Shown here piece after piece: positions 10,275-20,978 of a stretch of 64,000 nucleotides of DNA. The stretch lies in the NCBI GenBank assembly GCA_965261085.1, contig OZ253442.1, forward strand, positions 1,632,001-1,696,000, given 5' to 3'. The stretch comes from a bacterium. GTDB lineage: Bacteria > UBA8248. The notes under the pieces are model-generated. The model was not told the DNA's origin. It was given only the letters and a program-made list of their open reading frames with translations, and searched no databases. How positions within the stretch are numbered: the first letter of the stretch is position 1; the number at the start of each line of letters is the position of its first letter. Position numbers and translations under genes: made by a program.

Positions 10275-11252
10275 ATGAAGCGCACATCCTGGAAAATGGG
10301 TTTCGTTCTCGCGGTGGCCATCGGGGTTTTCCTGGCCGTTCAGGCCGAGGCGGCCGGCCGCCTCACGATGGGCAGTTGGAAAAAAGGCAGCGGCTGGCAC
10401 GTATACTCGGCCACCATGGCGAACATCGTGAACAACGCGAAAGTGGGCGTTCAGATAGACGCCCTCTCCAAAGGCGGCGGCGTGGGCAACCCCAAGCTCG
10501 TCGGCACCGGCAAGTTCAACATGGGGCTTACTTTCAGCGTGGCGGCGGCTTGGGCGTATCAGGGCAAGGTGGCCTACGAGAAGCCCTACACGAACCTGCG
10601 GGGGCTGATCGGCGGCCTGGACCAATACTACCTGGGCATCGTCACCACGAACCCCAAGGTGAACGGCATCCTGGACTTGAAGAAAGTGCCCGTGAACTAC
10701 GTGACGGTTCCGCGCGGAGGGCTGGGCCAGTGGGCCACGCGCGCCATGCTCGGAGCGCACGGCATCACCTATGAGGGCATCAAGAAGATGGGCGGGTCGG
10801 CCACGCACACCGGCTTCGGCGCGATCAAGAGCCGAATGAAGGACGGTCAGGCCGACATGCTGAGCCACACCGTGAACGCGGGCCACCCGGCGCTCACTTC
10901 GATCGCGATCCAGAAGAAGCTGAAATTTTTAGGAGTAGCCGATGAGTTCCGCAACAAGCTTCTGGGCATCGGTTTCCTGAAAGCCACCATGCCGGCCAAT
11001 ACGTTCCCGGGGCAGAAGAAGCCCAAGAACACGTTCGGCTTCACCACCGCGGTCCTCGCCTCCACCGCCCTGAGCAACGACGATGCGTACAAGATCGTGA
11101 AGGCGCTGCTCGACAACGTGAAAGACCTGCGGGCGGGGCATAAGGGCCTCAGGGGCTTCGACCCGGCGAAAACCGGCTGCAAGGAATCGCAAATGGGCAT
11201 ACCGTTTCACGCCGGCGCGGCCCGCTACTGCAAGGAGAAGGGCTGGAATTAG
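10275..11252 (+). CDS. TAXI family TRAP solute-binding subunit
   Basis: Signal peptide; GGGVGNP; C-terminal IPFHAGAARY; adjacent to the fused permease. Confidence 0.9.
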   Translation: MKRTSWKMGFVLAVAIGVFLAVQAEAAGRLTMGSWKKGSGWHVYSATMANIVNNAKVGVQIDALSKGGGVGNPKLVGTGKFNMGLTFSVAAAWAYQGKVAYEKPYTNLRGLIGGLDQYYLGIVTTNPKVNGILDLKKVPVNYVTVPRGGLGQWATRAMLGAHGITYEGIKKMGGSATHTGFGAIKSRMKDGQADMLSHTVNAGHPALTSIAIQKKLKFLGVADEFRNKLLGIGFLKATMPANTFPGQKKPKNTFGFTTAVLASTALSNDDAYKIVKALLDNVKDLRAGHKGLRGFDPAKTGCKESQMGIPFHAGAARYCKEKGWN

Positions 11253-11414
11253 TTGATGATTCAAGCGGCGGAAAGAGGATTTTCGTCGGGTGAAGTAACA
11301 AGCAAGAAATAGAATCGAAACTGGTTGATGAAGGTTTCACTCCCGCCGTTCGTCTTTGATGGTCGGCGGGAGCCTTCTATTTCAGAATCTGTTTGCTCCA
11401 ACAGGGGGAATGCC

Positions 11415-12206
11415 ATGCCGTACCGCTTCGTCGATCTCACGCTCACCGTCGACCCGGAGGACACCTACGTTCAGTTTCCGCGCGATGAGATTTACGACAA
11501 ACCGGCTCCGGGCACGACCATCACCCCCATTGCGACGCTGGACGTGGACCACATCTGCAACTTCGGCTTCACCACGACCACGCAGAGCTACACGCACTAC
11601 GACGCGCCCTATCACTTTTTTCACGACGGGCTGAAGAACGACGAGCTGCCGCTCGATCACGTATGCGGCGACGCCTGCGTGCTCAAGGTGCCGGGCAAGG
11701 GCAATTCCGAGACCGTAACGGCTGCGGATTTGGAAGCCACGGGGGTGGAAGTGCGCCCCGGCGACATCGCCATCGTGAGCACGGAATGGACCGACCGCAT
11801 GTGGGGATCGCGCGATTTCTGGGAGCACATGGTCTATCTCTCGACCGACGCGGCAGATTGGCTCATCGGGAAGGGAATCAAGGCGCTCGTTCAGGATTTC
11901 ATGACGTGCGACTCGCCGCTTTATCCTCCCGGGGAGCGCAAATGGCCCGCCCCGAACTGGAGTCCCAACCACATCAAGTTCCTGGAGCGCGGCATATGCC
12001 TCATCGAGTGGTGCACGAACATGGGCGCCATCCAGAAAGAGCGCGTCCTGCTCGTGACGGGCGCGGTGAAGCTCAAGGACACCGAAGGCGCGCCCGCGCG
12101 CGTCATCGCCATTGAATTCTGGGATGAGGAACCGCCCCGCGATGGCGCTCCCCCACTGCCGCCCCTCGAGAATCCTTATACGGATCGCGGCTCCTGGGCC
12201 AAATAA
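11415..12206 (+). CDS. Cyclase/kynurenine formamidase family protein
   Basis: VDLT start, THYDAPYHF motif, GAPARVIA end. Confidence 0.85.
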   Translation: MPYRFVDLTLTVDPEDTYVQFPRDEIYDKPAPGTTITPIATLDVDHICNFGFTTTTQSYTHYDAPYHFFHDGLKNDELPLDHVCGDACVLKVPGKGNSETVTAADLEATGVEVRPGDIAIVSTEWTDRMWGSRDFWEHMVYLSTDAADWLIGKGIKALVQDFMTCDSPLYPPGERKWPAPNWSPNHIKFLERGICLIEWCTNMGAIQKERVLLVTGAVKLKDTEGAPARVIAIEFWDEEPPRDGAPPLPPLENPYTDRGSWAK

Positions 12207-12217
12207 AGAGGCGCAAT

Positions 12218-13600
12218 ATGGTCGACCAAAGCCTGCGCGGCTTCCTGGAGATGGTGGAGAAGAACCACCCCGAAGAACTGGTGCGCATCAAGGAGCCCGT
12301 CGGCAGGGAGGACATCACGGCGGCGGTATTCGAATTCGAGCGCGCGGGCAGATACCCCGTCATCATCTTCGAGCGCGTGGAGGGTTTCGAGGGTTCGGTC
12401 GTCACCAACATCGCGGCCAACCGGGATCTCCTGGCGGCGTGTCTCGACGTGGAGCCGGGCGAATTGCCCACGGCGTACAAGGATCGCTGCCAGAATTACC
12501 GGCCCGTGGAGGTGGTGGAGGACGCTCCCTGGCAAGAAATCGTACTGGAAGAAGACGAGGTGGACCTGAACAAACTGCCCATTCCCTTCCATTTTCCCGT
12601 GGATGCGGCCCCCTACATCACGGCGGGGCAAATCGTGGCGCGAGACCCCGAAACAGGCGTGGACACGACGGGCTTTCACCGCTTACAGCTCAAGGGAAGA
12701 AACAGGCTTGGGCTTTCCCTGCACTCGAGACGGCGCATGTACCATTTCCACAAAAAGGCCGAAGACGCGGGCGAGGCCCTGCCCGCGGCGGTCGTCATCG
12801 GGGTTCACCCGGTTCACTACATGGGTTCGATGGCCTATCACTACCCGCCGGGGGTGCGGAAGTACGAGATTATCGGCGCCTTGTTCGGCGAGCCGTATCG
12901 CGTCGCCAGATGCGGCACGGCGGACTTGGAAGCGCCTGAGGGGGCGGAAATCGTTCTGGAAGGGGAGATTCTGGCCGAGGTGCGCGAACCCGAAGGTCCT
13001 TTCGGCGAGTTCACGGGCTATGCGTCCTACCGCAGCACGCAGAACGTATTCGTCGTGAAGCGCGTACAGATGCGGGGCGACGCGATGCTCCACAGCGTGG
13101 CCTCGGGCATGTCGGCGGATCATATACTCATCTCCTGCGTCAGCCGTGAGGCGGAAATCTTGAACACGCTCAGGCGCAACCTGCCGGGGGTATCGGCCGT
13201 GCACGTTCCCTCGAATACGGCGGGCGCGCTGCTGGCGATCGTGCAGATGAAAAAAACGGCCGAGGGCCAGCCGCAACAAGCCATCATGGCGGCGCTCGGC
13301 ACCGAGTTTTATTGCAAATGCGTGGTGGTCGTCGATGAGGACGTGGACATCTTCAATCTCTCGGACGTCGCCTGGGCGGTCATCACGAGAACGCGGGCGG
13401 ATAAGGACATCAACTTCATCCACGGGGCGATGGGCGCCATTCTGGACCCGACCTCTGACCCCGTGGACCACACCCTCACGAAAATGGGCATCGACGCCAC
13501 CAAGCCCGCCGGGCGTGATTTTGCGGAACGACTCTATATACCCGACGCGCAGCGAGAGCGTGTGCGCGGGATCCTCGCAAGCGCGGGCATTCACCTCTAG
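12218..13600 (+). CDS. UbiD family (de)carboxylase
   Basis: EGPFGEFTGY, VVVDEDVD, KMGIDAT. Confidence 0.93.
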   Translation: MVDQSLRGFLEMVEKNHPEELVRIKEPVGREDITAAVFEFERAGRYPVIIFERVEGFEGSVVTNIAANRDLLAACLDVEPGELPTAYKDRCQNYRPVEVVEDAPWQEIVLEEDEVDLNKLPIPFHFPVDAAPYITAGQIVARDPETGVDTTGFHRLQLKGRNRLGLSLHSRRRMYHFHKKAEDAGEALPAAVVIGVHPVHYMGSMAYHYPPGVRKYEIIGALFGEPYRVARCGTADLEAPEGAEIVLEGEILAEVREPEGPFGEFTGYASYRSTQNVFVVKRVQMRGDAMLHSVASGMSADHILISCVSREAEILNTLRRNLPGVSAVHVPSNTAGALLAIVQMKKTAEGQPQQAIMAALGTEFYCKCVVVVDEDVDIFNLSDVAWAVITRTRADKDINFIHGAMGAILDPTSDPVDHTLTKMGIDATKPAGRDFAERLYIPDAQRERVRGILASAGIHL

Positions 13601-13608
13601 TTTTTCGA

Positions 13609-14571
13609 ATGAGCGAGAGAAAAGTAAAACTCGGCGTGCTTCTTCCCACGCGCGGGGTGTTGCTCTGGAACGAGGGTGCGCCGGAGGTGGGCCCCATCAT
13701 CGACTTGGCCGTGCGCGCGGAGGAACTCGGCTACGATTCGGTGTTCGTGGGTGATTCGGTCCTCGCCAAGCCGAGGCTCGAGGCGCTCAGCGTGCTCTCC
13801 GCCGTCGCCGTGAAGACGAAGCGCGTAAAGCTCGGCACCGCCGTCTTTCTGCCCTGCCTCAGGGACCCCGTTTTTCTCGCCTATCAGGTGGCGACGCTCG
13901 ACGTCATCTCGGGCGGCCGCGTGGTTCTCGGCGTCGGCATCGGCCCGCCGAAGCCCCAGGAATGCGAACACGAGTTCGAGACTCTGGGCGTTCCGTTCCG
14001 AAAGCGCATGTTCTACATGCAGGAACACATGACGCTCATGCGAAGGCTCTGGACGGAGGAGAACGTGACCTTCGAGGGCAGGTATTATCAGGTCGAAAAC
14101 GTGACGCTGGCGCACAAGCCCATCCAGAAAACCGTGCCCATGTGGATCGCCTCAGCCACAGTGGACACCGCATGGCGGCGTGTGGCGAAGTATGGGGATG
14201 GCTGGTTCCCCAACCGCGTGACGCCCGAGGAGTTCCGCGAAACCTGGGGTAAAATCGTCGGGCTCGCCGAGGAGAATAAGCGCGATCCCGGCACGCCCGC
14301 GTGGTACATGACCACCTGCATCGACGATGATAAGGAATCGGCCATGAAAAACGGCGAGGCGTTCCTGCTCGATTATTACTACACCCCCTTTTGGGGTGAT
14401 TCCATCGAGAAATGGGGAACGTACGGCCCCGCCGAAGACCTGATAGAGCGCATTAACGCCTTTATCGAAGCGGGAGCCGAGCACATCTCCTTGCGCTTCA
14501 CGCACCGGGATCAGATGGGCCAACTGGAGCGATTCACCCAAGAGGTGCTGCCGCACCTGAATTTGGAGTAA
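13609..14571 (+). CDS. LLM class flavin-dependent oxidoreductase
   Basis: GYDSVFVGDS, LGTAV, GRVVLGVGIG, GDGW; paralog of 6036-7004. Confidence 0.92.
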   Translation: MSERKVKLGVLLPTRGVLLWNEGAPEVGPIIDLAVRAEELGYDSVFVGDSVLAKPRLEALSVLSAVAVKTKRVKLGTAVFLPCLRDPVFLAYQVATLDVISGGRVVLGVGIGPPKPQECEHEFETLGVPFRKRMFYMQEHMTLMRRLWTEENVTFEGRYYQVENVTLAHKPIQKTVPMWIASATVDTAWRRVAKYGDGWFPNRVTPEEFRETWGKIVGLAEENKRDPGTPAWYMTTCIDDDKESAMKNGEAFLLDYYYTPFWGDSIEKWGTYGPAEDLIERINAFIEAGAEHISLRFTHRDQMGQLERFTQEVLPHLNLE

Positions 14572-14640
14572 CGTGGTTTCTCTCCGACCCCGCCGTCCAT
14601 CCCCAAAGAAAGAACAGGTGCAGTCAAACTCGAGTGAAGA

Positions 14641-16162
14641 GGGGTTGTTGAAAAACCCCTGACTCTATGCTTGGATGTATGGATATTACGCGCCCGAGAA
14701 GGGAATATCCGCGATGTTGGGACGCAAGAACCGCGCCCAGATGGATTTGTTCATCACCGGTTCGCTGGAGAGGTTGATTCCCGAGGATCACATATTGGCC
14801 CGCGTGAACCGCGTTCTGGACCTGAGTTGGCTGCGCGAGGAAGTGGCGGATTGTTATTGCGCGGACAACGGCCGTCCTGGGATCGACCCCGAAGTGGCGG
14901 TTCGGTTGATGTTGGCGGGCCTTCTGCTGGGGTTCGTGCACGACCGTCGGTTGATGCGCGAGGCGCAGGTGAACATCGCGATCCGGTGGTTCATCGGTTA
15001 CGGGCTGGAGGATCGGCTGCCGGATCATTCGAGCCTGACGCGGATACGGCAGCGCTGGGGGGAGGCCCGGTTCCGGGAGATATTCCGCCGCACGGTCCGT
15101 GCGTGCCTGGATGCGAAGGTGGCCAAGGCCGAAGTCGTGCACGTGGACGCCTCATTGATCCGCGCGGACGTGAGTTGGGAGAGTCTGGTGGAGCGTCACG
15201 TGGACGAGGTGATAGCGGAGAACCCCGTCGAGGAGGAGGCCGGGAAGAAGGGTGGAGGAGGCCGCCGTGGCGGGGGTTCCGGGAAGGTGAGCCGGACGGA
15301 CCCGGACGCGCGGCTGGCGAGAACGGGCGGGGGATTCGAGCCGAGCTACAAGCAGCACGCTGTGGTGGACGACACGCGCGGGGTGGTGCTCGACGTATCG
15401 GTGACGGAGGGTACGGTGAACGAGCGTGAGGTGCTCGAATCGCAGGTGGAAGCGGTATGCGAGGTATCGGGGCGCGCGCCCGCGATGGTGACGGCGGACT
15501 CTGGCTACGCCTACTCGAAGGTCTACGCGGCCCTGGAGCGCCGGGGTGTGGCCGCGCTCATTCCGGCGAAGAGGGAACCCTCGCAGAGCCGTGTTCCGTT
15601 GCGCCTGTTCCGCTACGACGCGCGGCACGACATCGTGAAGTGTCCGCGCGGCAAGATACTGAGCCCCCGTCGGCCCGCAAAGGGGGGGCGTTATTATCGT
15701 TCGAAGACCCGTGATTGCGCGGGCTGCGCGCTTCGCGAGGATTGCCTGCCGAAGGCGTGGTCGAGCAAGGTGGTGTTGGTTCCGCATGCGTATCCGGCGC
15801 TGTTGCGCGCGCGCCGGCGCCATGCGCGATGGAGGGAGGAGGAGCGGCGGATGTACCGGCGTCATATGTGGCGCTCGGAGGGCTACCACGGCGAGGCGAA
15901 GACCTGGCACGGGCTTGCGCGCGCGGTGCGGCGCGGTCTTGAGAACATGAAGATACAGTCCTACCTGACGGCGGCGGCGATCAACCTCAAGCGGCTCTCC
16001 GCCGCACTTGCTGCAAGGTTATTCGCCCTCTGGAGGGCCTGGTCGGCCCGGGAAGAGCCTCTGTGCGTCCATCGCGGCCTCGCAAGCTGCGTGGGCTTCC
16101 TGTCCGCCGCCGCGTGACCCTCCATACCGCCCGCTCCCGAAACCGGGTTATTCAACAACCCC
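14641..16162 (+). mobile_element. IS1182-family insertion sequence (1522 bp)
   Basis: TIRs GGGGTTGTTGAAAAACCC / GGGTTATTCAACAACCCC; 5-bp TSD GAAGA (14636-14640, 16163-16167). Confidence 0.93.
14675..16117 (+). CDS. IS1182 family DDE transposase
   Basis: GRPGIDP, PDHSSL, VDAS, SRTDPDA, ADSGY, CP...C..C zinc segment, RSEG, NLKRL; start may be 14714. Confidence 0.93.
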   Translation: MYGYYAPEKGISAMLGRKNRAQMDLFITGSLERLIPEDHILARVNRVLDLSWLREEVADCYCADNGRPGIDPEVAVRLMLAGLLLGFVHDRRLMREAQVNIAIRWFIGYGLEDRLPDHSSLTRIRQRWGEARFREIFRRTVRACLDAKVAKAEVVHVDASLIRADVSWESLVERHVDEVIAENPVEEEAGKKGGGGRRGGGSGKVSRTDPDARLARTGGGFEPSYKQHAVVDDTRGVVLDVSVTEGTVNEREVLESQVEAVCEVSGRAPAMVTADSGYAYSKVYAALERRGVAALIPAKREPSQSRVPLRLFRYDARHDIVKCPRGKILSPRRPAKGGRYYRSKTRDCAGCALREDCLPKAWSSKVVLVPHAYPALLRARRRHARWREEERRMYRRHMWRSEGYHGEAKTWHGLARAVRRGLENMKIQSYLTAAAINLKRLSAALAARLFALWRAWSAREEPLCVHRGLASCVGFLSAAA

Positions 16163-16202
16163 GAAGAACGAGGGTTTGCCAACCAACGAGGCGGTTATAA
16201 AA

Positions 16203-16488
16203 CCACTCCCCCCTTGAGGGTCAATCCCGATTGAAGAATGAGGGATTGTCGGTGAGGTAAGGGCGTAAGCCCGCAAGCGAACCGGTGGGGGGTGAATTCC
16301 GACTGAGGAAGGAGGAATTCTTCCGAGCGAAGGGCGAGAAATTAAGGACTGATGTTTTCCTAATCCGCAGTAAACCCTCCTTCATTTGTCGAGGTTGACC
16401 CCCCACCGCATCAGCCTTCGCGCAAAACGCTCGGCTTCTGCGACAATCCTTCCCTCTGCGGTCAGAATTGACCCTCAAGGGGGGAGTG
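16203..16488. repeat. REP/MITE-like element with CACTCCCCCCTTGAGGG...CCCTCAAGGGGGGAGTG ends
   Basis: Inverted termini; internal GGTGAGGTAAGGGCG..AGCCCGCAAGCGAACCGGTGGGGGG and CACCGCATCAGCCTTCGC..CGCTCGGCTTCTGCGAC blocks shared with 41351-41501. Confidence 0.8.
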
Positions 16489-16639
16489 GTTGTATTTAAG
16501 TACAGAGATAGACATTCGCACCTGTTTGCATCATTCCCGATTTCGCGTTCTAAAACGGCGCATCCGCGCCTGAAAATTTTTACTGCCGGGTTATTTGAAG
16601 ATTCGCCTGTCTTGCGTGGTGAGAATTTAGTCGAAGCGT

Positions 16640-17968
16640 CTAGAATTCCGCTTCTTCGGCTCCCGGAATCTTGAGAGAGCGGAAATGGCCGTCCAACTCG
16701 CCCAGGGGGGCCGTGGCGTCCATGCCCATCTTCGCCGTGACGCCGCCTTGGGCGGAGGGGTCGAGGCGGCTGCCCCAGGCGCCTGGGACGATGAATAAAT
16801 CCTTATCCGCCTGGAATCGCGTGGCCAGCGCCCAATCGACCTGCGCCGGGTTGTGGATGTCGATGTCGTGATCCACGCAGATGGCGTGCTTGACGTCGTA
16901 ATGCGCCGCGAGCGCCGCCATGAGCGCGCTTTTCGCTTCTCCCTCGTTTGTTTTTCGTATCTGGACCACGCAGTGAAAGCGGCCTGCGCCGGAGAGGGGG
17001 AGTACGACGTCCGTGACGGCCGGGACCGCTTTCCGGAGGTCTCGCAGAAGTCCTGCCTCCCTCGGCACGGCGCCCATCAGCAGATGATCATACCCAGCCG
17101 CCACGATGGAATAAAAAACGGGCTCCTCGCGCATGGCGATGGATTTCACCCGGAAGACTTCCCGCTCTCCCGCCGGACTGTAGTAGCGCGGAAACTCGCC
17201 GAAAGGACCTTCGCGCCTGCGCTCGTCCGGCGGAATTTCCCCCTCGATCACGATTTCTGCGCCCGCGGGCACGGGAATTCCCGACCAGGGGGCGGGGGCG
17301 ACGTCCACGGCGCGGCCCTTCAGGCCGCCTGCCGTTTCCAGTTCGTCCTCCCCGGGGGCGAGCACGAGCTGGCTCGCCATCAGAAGCAAGGGGTCCAGAC
17401 CAACGCAGACGGCCGCTTTAAGGGGTTCTCCACGCTCGGCGGCGCGCCTTATCATCCCCTTCAAATGGCGCGGCAGGACGAGCAGGCCGAAAAGGTCGGG
17501 CTCCAGGGCGTGCATCCTGTGAATCGAGACGTTGCCGACCCCGGAATCGGGGTCCTGCGCGATGAAGACGCCGGCGGAAATATAGGGGCCGCCGTCGAGT
17601 TCGTGGTAGGTGGGCAGGGGGAGAATTTTCTGAACGTCGATTTCTTTCGTGATGACGTTGTGGAGAAATGGCGCTTCGGCGACCACGTTGGGTTTGATCT
17701 TGATTTCCTGTCTTCGTTGAACTTCACGAAGCAATTCCCCGGGCGCCACTCCCATGGCGTCGGCGTACCATTCTCTCTTACACGCGATGTTGGCGATGAC
17801 GGGCATCGGCGCGCCGTCGGTTTGCTCGAACAGGAGGGCGGTTTCACCGTCCGCTTTTTGTGAAAGGGCGGCGACTTCATAGCGAAGGGAAACGCCGCGC
17901 GATACGCGCTTGAGTGATCCCTTCTGCTCGAGGTGTGCAATCCAGCTTTTCAAGTCGTGAGCATTCAT
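16640..17968 (-). CDS. UbiD family (de)carboxylase
   Basis: DGGPYI, EGPFGEF, VDHDID, KMGMDAT; start at MNAHDL. Confidence 0.92.
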   Translation of the reverse strand: MNAHDLKSWIAHLEQKGSLKRVSRGVSLRYEVAALSQKADGETALLFEQTDGAPMPVIANIACKREWYADAMGVAPGELLREVQRRQEIKIKPNVVAEAPFLHNVITKEIDVQKILPLPTYHELDGGPYISAGVFIAQDPDSGVGNVSIHRMHALEPDLFGLLVLPRHLKGMIRRAAERGEPLKAAVCVGLDPLLLMASQLVLAPGEDELETAGGLKGRAVDVAPAPWSGIPVPAGAEIVIEGEIPPDERRREGPFGEFPRYYSPAGEREVFRVKSIAMREEPVFYSIVAAGYDHLLMGAVPREAGLLRDLRKAVPAVTDVVLPLSGAGRFHCVVQIRKTNEGEAKSALMAALAAHYDVKHAICVDHDIDIHNPAQVDWALATRFQADKDLFIVPGAWGSRLDPSAQGGVTAKMGMDATAPLGELDGHFRSLKIPGAEEAEF

Positions 17969-18027
17969 GCGCGTATCATGGCAAATGGGGGGAGGAGCGT
18001 CAAAAGTGCGCGTGGACCGAGGCCGTG

Positions 18028-18924
18028 TCACATTTCTTGCGTCATCAAAGTTTCTCTCAGCATGGTGAGATAATCGTTGGCGTAAGGGGGGAGGTAGATG
18101 TCGTTTCGCCGGAACAGGCCGATGCGCTTTTTCCCGAAAAAATGGGATATGTTGGAAGTTCGCCACTCATTAGCAGATTCGGGTCGGGGCCAGAGCGCGT
18201 TGACGACTGCGATGCCCGCCCCGTTCAGGACGGCTTCGTTGATCAGGGTGTAGGAGGACGTATCGAAGACGACGTTGATTCGCAAATTTTCCTTCTCGAA
18301 GGTGTGCTCGATGTGCTGGCGATCCGCCGTGCCGCGCTCCAGAAGGATGAGCGGGTGTGTCGCGATGGTTTCTAGGGCGATTGGTTCGCTTTTCGCGATA
18401 GCGTGCCCCTCGGGATAGAAGAGGAGATAGTCCGTCTCCGTCCACTCTTCGAAGGAGAAATTTCCGCGCGCCTCGGGCGCCGAACCGAAAGCGAAATCAA
18501 CTGCTCCCTCCGAAACATGCTCGAGCAGGTTCGTCCAGTTTCGCTCCAGCACGGATATCTGAACGTTCGGGTAGCGTTCGCGAAACTTGAGAAGCGCGGC
18601 CCTATGGCCCTTCAAGATCAGCATGGGCGCGGCTTCCGCTACGACGAGCCGTCCGTGCGTTTCTCCGCGCAGGTGCCGCTCGACCGTCTCGAGGGACTCG
18701 AAAAAAGGTTTCACGGCGTCGTAGAGGTACTCGCCGCTCGGTGTCAGTTGAAACTTGCGGCCGACGATTTGGTAGAGCTTCACCTTGAGGTCTTCTTCGA
18801 GTGCTTTCACCCGGATGCTGAGGGCGGGCTGCTGGATGGAGAATGGCAGTTGCCTCGCCGCGCGGGTGAAGCCGCCGTGTTTCGCCACATAGAAGAAATA
18901 CTCGAGTTGTCGTAGATTCAACAT
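18028..18924 (-). CDS. LysR family transcriptional regulator
   Basis: N-terminal HTH LRQLEYF..FTRAA..QPALS..LEEDL; divergent from the large operon. Confidence 0.93.
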   Translation of the reverse strand: MLNLRQLEYFFYVAKHGGFTRAARQLPFSIQQPALSIRVKALEEDLKVKLYQIVGRKFQLTPSGEYLYDAVKPFFESLETVERHLRGETHGRLVVAEAAPMLILKGHRAALLKFRERYPNVQISVLERNWTNLLEHVSEGAVDFAFGSAPEARGNFSFEEWTETDYLLFYPEGHAIAKSEPIALETIATHPLILLERGTADRQHIEHTFEKENLRINVVFDTSSYTLINEAVLNGAGIAVVNALWPRPESANEWRTSNISHFFGKKRIGLFRRNDIYLPPYANDYLTMLRETLMTQEM

Positions 18925-19234
18925 GAAAACCTCGGGAAACCCTTTGCCGCGGTGTTCGTCATCTCATTATATATTTTGATGGTATGAAACGAACCTCCAC
19001 GGATCTCGTTTCGCCATATTTCCTTCAAAAAAGGGATATAATAAAAATAATCTCCCCAAAAACGAACTAATGATACTGGCAATCCATTAAATTATTCAAT
19101 GGGTTTAATTCTCTTTTTTCTCGTTGCGAATCCGGTGTCTTGCGTTTAATCTACACGAGGGGAAAATCTGTATTTTCAGAAGCCAAGATGAGGATTTCAG
19201 GGCGTTGTGAGCAAGGGAAATCCTCGCCCTCGGC

Positions 19235-20203
19235 ATGATGGAGAAAAACGTGACGCAAGATTATCTTTCGCTCAGGGAGAAAACCCAGTCGCGGGATCGC
19301 AGTTTGAGAGACAAGGTGATGACGCTCGAGGAGGCTTGCGACTTCGTGGGCGATGGCGAGCACGTCAGCCTCGGCGGCTCTACGGCTTCGAGAACACCTT
19401 TCGCGATGATTTGGGCGCTGATCCGCGCGAAGAAGAAAAATCTTTCCTTTTCTCGGAGCATCGTCTCCACCGAGGGCGACCTCATCTTCGCCTCCGGCAT
19501 CGGTGATCACATTCTCACGAGTTGGTTCAGTCAGGGAATCGTGTGGGGCGTCTCGCGCGTAATGCGCCATTTCACCGAAAAAAAACTGGCGCGTTTCGAG
19601 GAATGGAGCCACATGTCCATCGGCCTGCGCTACAGGGCGGGCGCCATGGGTGTTCCGTTCATGCCGATGCGCTCGATGATGGGCTCGGACGTGGCGGGCC
19701 GGCTCGATAATCTGGAGGAAATGACCTGTCCGTTCACGGGCGAGAAAATCCTTCTGGTTCCGGCCTTGAATCCAGACGTCGCTCTGATTCACGTGCAGCG
19801 ATGCGACCCGTTCGGCAACGCGCAGCTCGACGGCCTGACGTTCATGGATATCGACATGGCCATGGCGGCGAATCGCGTCATCATCACCACCGAGCGCATC
19901 ATCTCGAACGATCAGATTCGCAGAAGGCCCGATCAGACGAAAATCCCCTTTTTCACCGTCGAAGCCGTGGTGGAGGCGCCCTATGGTTGCGCGCCGCATG
20001 AATGCTTCGGCGTCTATGAGCCTTTGTTTTCCCATATGGACTATTATGCGGAACTCACGAGGAAAGAACCGATGGACGGCGTGAAGGCGTATCTGGACGA
20101 GTACTTCTACGCGCCGAAGAGTTGGACGGAGTATCTGAATCTCATCGGGTTGGAGAAGCTCTTGGATGCGGCCCGCAGGGGGAGGAGCATTTATGACGAT
20201 TGA
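19235..20203 (+). CDS. CoA-transferase subunit A (glutaconate CoA-transferase-like)
   Basis: AGAMGVPF, PDVALIHVQ, EAPYGCAPH. Confidence 0.9.
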   Translation: MMEKNVTQDYLSLREKTQSRDRSLRDKVMTLEEACDFVGDGEHVSLGGSTASRTPFAMIWALIRAKKKNLSFSRSIVSTEGDLIFASGIGDHILTSWFSQGIVWGVSRVMRHFTEKKLARFEEWSHMSIGLRYRAGAMGVPFMPMRSMMGSDVAGRLDNLEEMTCPFTGEKILLVPALNPDVALIHVQRCDPFGNAQLDGLTFMDIDMAMAANRVIITTERIISNDQIRRRPDQTKIPFFTVEAVVEAPYGCAPHECFGVYEPLFSHMDYYAELTRKEPMDGVKAYLDEYFYAPKSWTEYLNLIGLEKLLDAARRGRSIYDD

Positions 20204-20963
20204 GACGAAAGACTTCACGGCGTCGGAGCTTCTGTGCGTTATGAGCGCGCGCTCGCTCGAGGATGGCCAGGTGGTTTTCGCGGGCGTGGGGATTCCGCTT
20301 TTGGCCGCCACGCTGGCCCAGCGCCTCCATGCCCCGGGCGTGACGATTCTTTTCGAGGGCGGCACCATCGGCCCGCACGTCGTGCCCGGCCAGCTTCCGC
20401 CCACCACGAACGAACAGCGCTGCACGCGCAAGGCGAACATGCTGGTGAGCATCACCGATGTCTTGCTCCTGCTTCAGCGCGGCTACGTGGACGTGGGCTT
20501 CATGGGGGGCGCCCAGATCGATCAGTACGGAAACCTGAACAGCTCCTTCATCGGAAGCGCGGACGATCCGTCCGTGCGGCTGCCCGGCACGGGTGGGGGG
20601 AACGATATTTCGAGCCTCACCAGGATGATCGTGGCGATGCCGCAGGAAAAGCGCCGTTTTGTGGAAAACGTGGATTTCATCACCAGCCCCGGCTACATCA
20701 GAGGCGGGACCTCGAGGCGCGATTCGGGCCTGATAGCCGGGGGCATGTACCGCGTGGTGACCGACCTGGGGATTCTGGGATTCGACGAGACGGGCAGGAT
20801 GCGCGTCGAGGCCTTACACTCGGGCGTGACGCCCGAGCAGGCGCAGGAGAACACGGGCTTCGAGTTGATCATCGACTCCTCCGTTTCGACCACGGAGCCG
20901 CCCACAGAAGAGGAATTGGCCGCGCTTCGCCATCTGGACCCGGAGAAGATCTACACCGCATGA
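20193..20963 (+). CDS. CoA-transferase subunit B
   Basis: FAGVGIP, FEGG, GGAQIDQYGNLNS, LPGTGGGNDI, VDFITSPG. Confidence 0.92.
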   Translation: MTIETKDFTASELLCVMSARSLEDGQVVFAGVGIPLLAATLAQRLHAPGVTILFEGGTIGPHVVPGQLPPTTNEQRCTRKANMLVSITDVLLLLQRGYVDVGFMGGAQIDQYGNLNSSFIGSADDPSVRLPGTGGGNDISSLTRMIVAMPQEKRRFVENVDFITSPGYIRGGTSRRDSGLIAGGMYRVVTDLGILGFDETGRMRVEALHSGVTPEQAQENTGFELIIDSSVSTTEPPTEEELAALRHLDPEKIYTA

Positions 20964-20978
20964 ACACATGGAGTCGCC

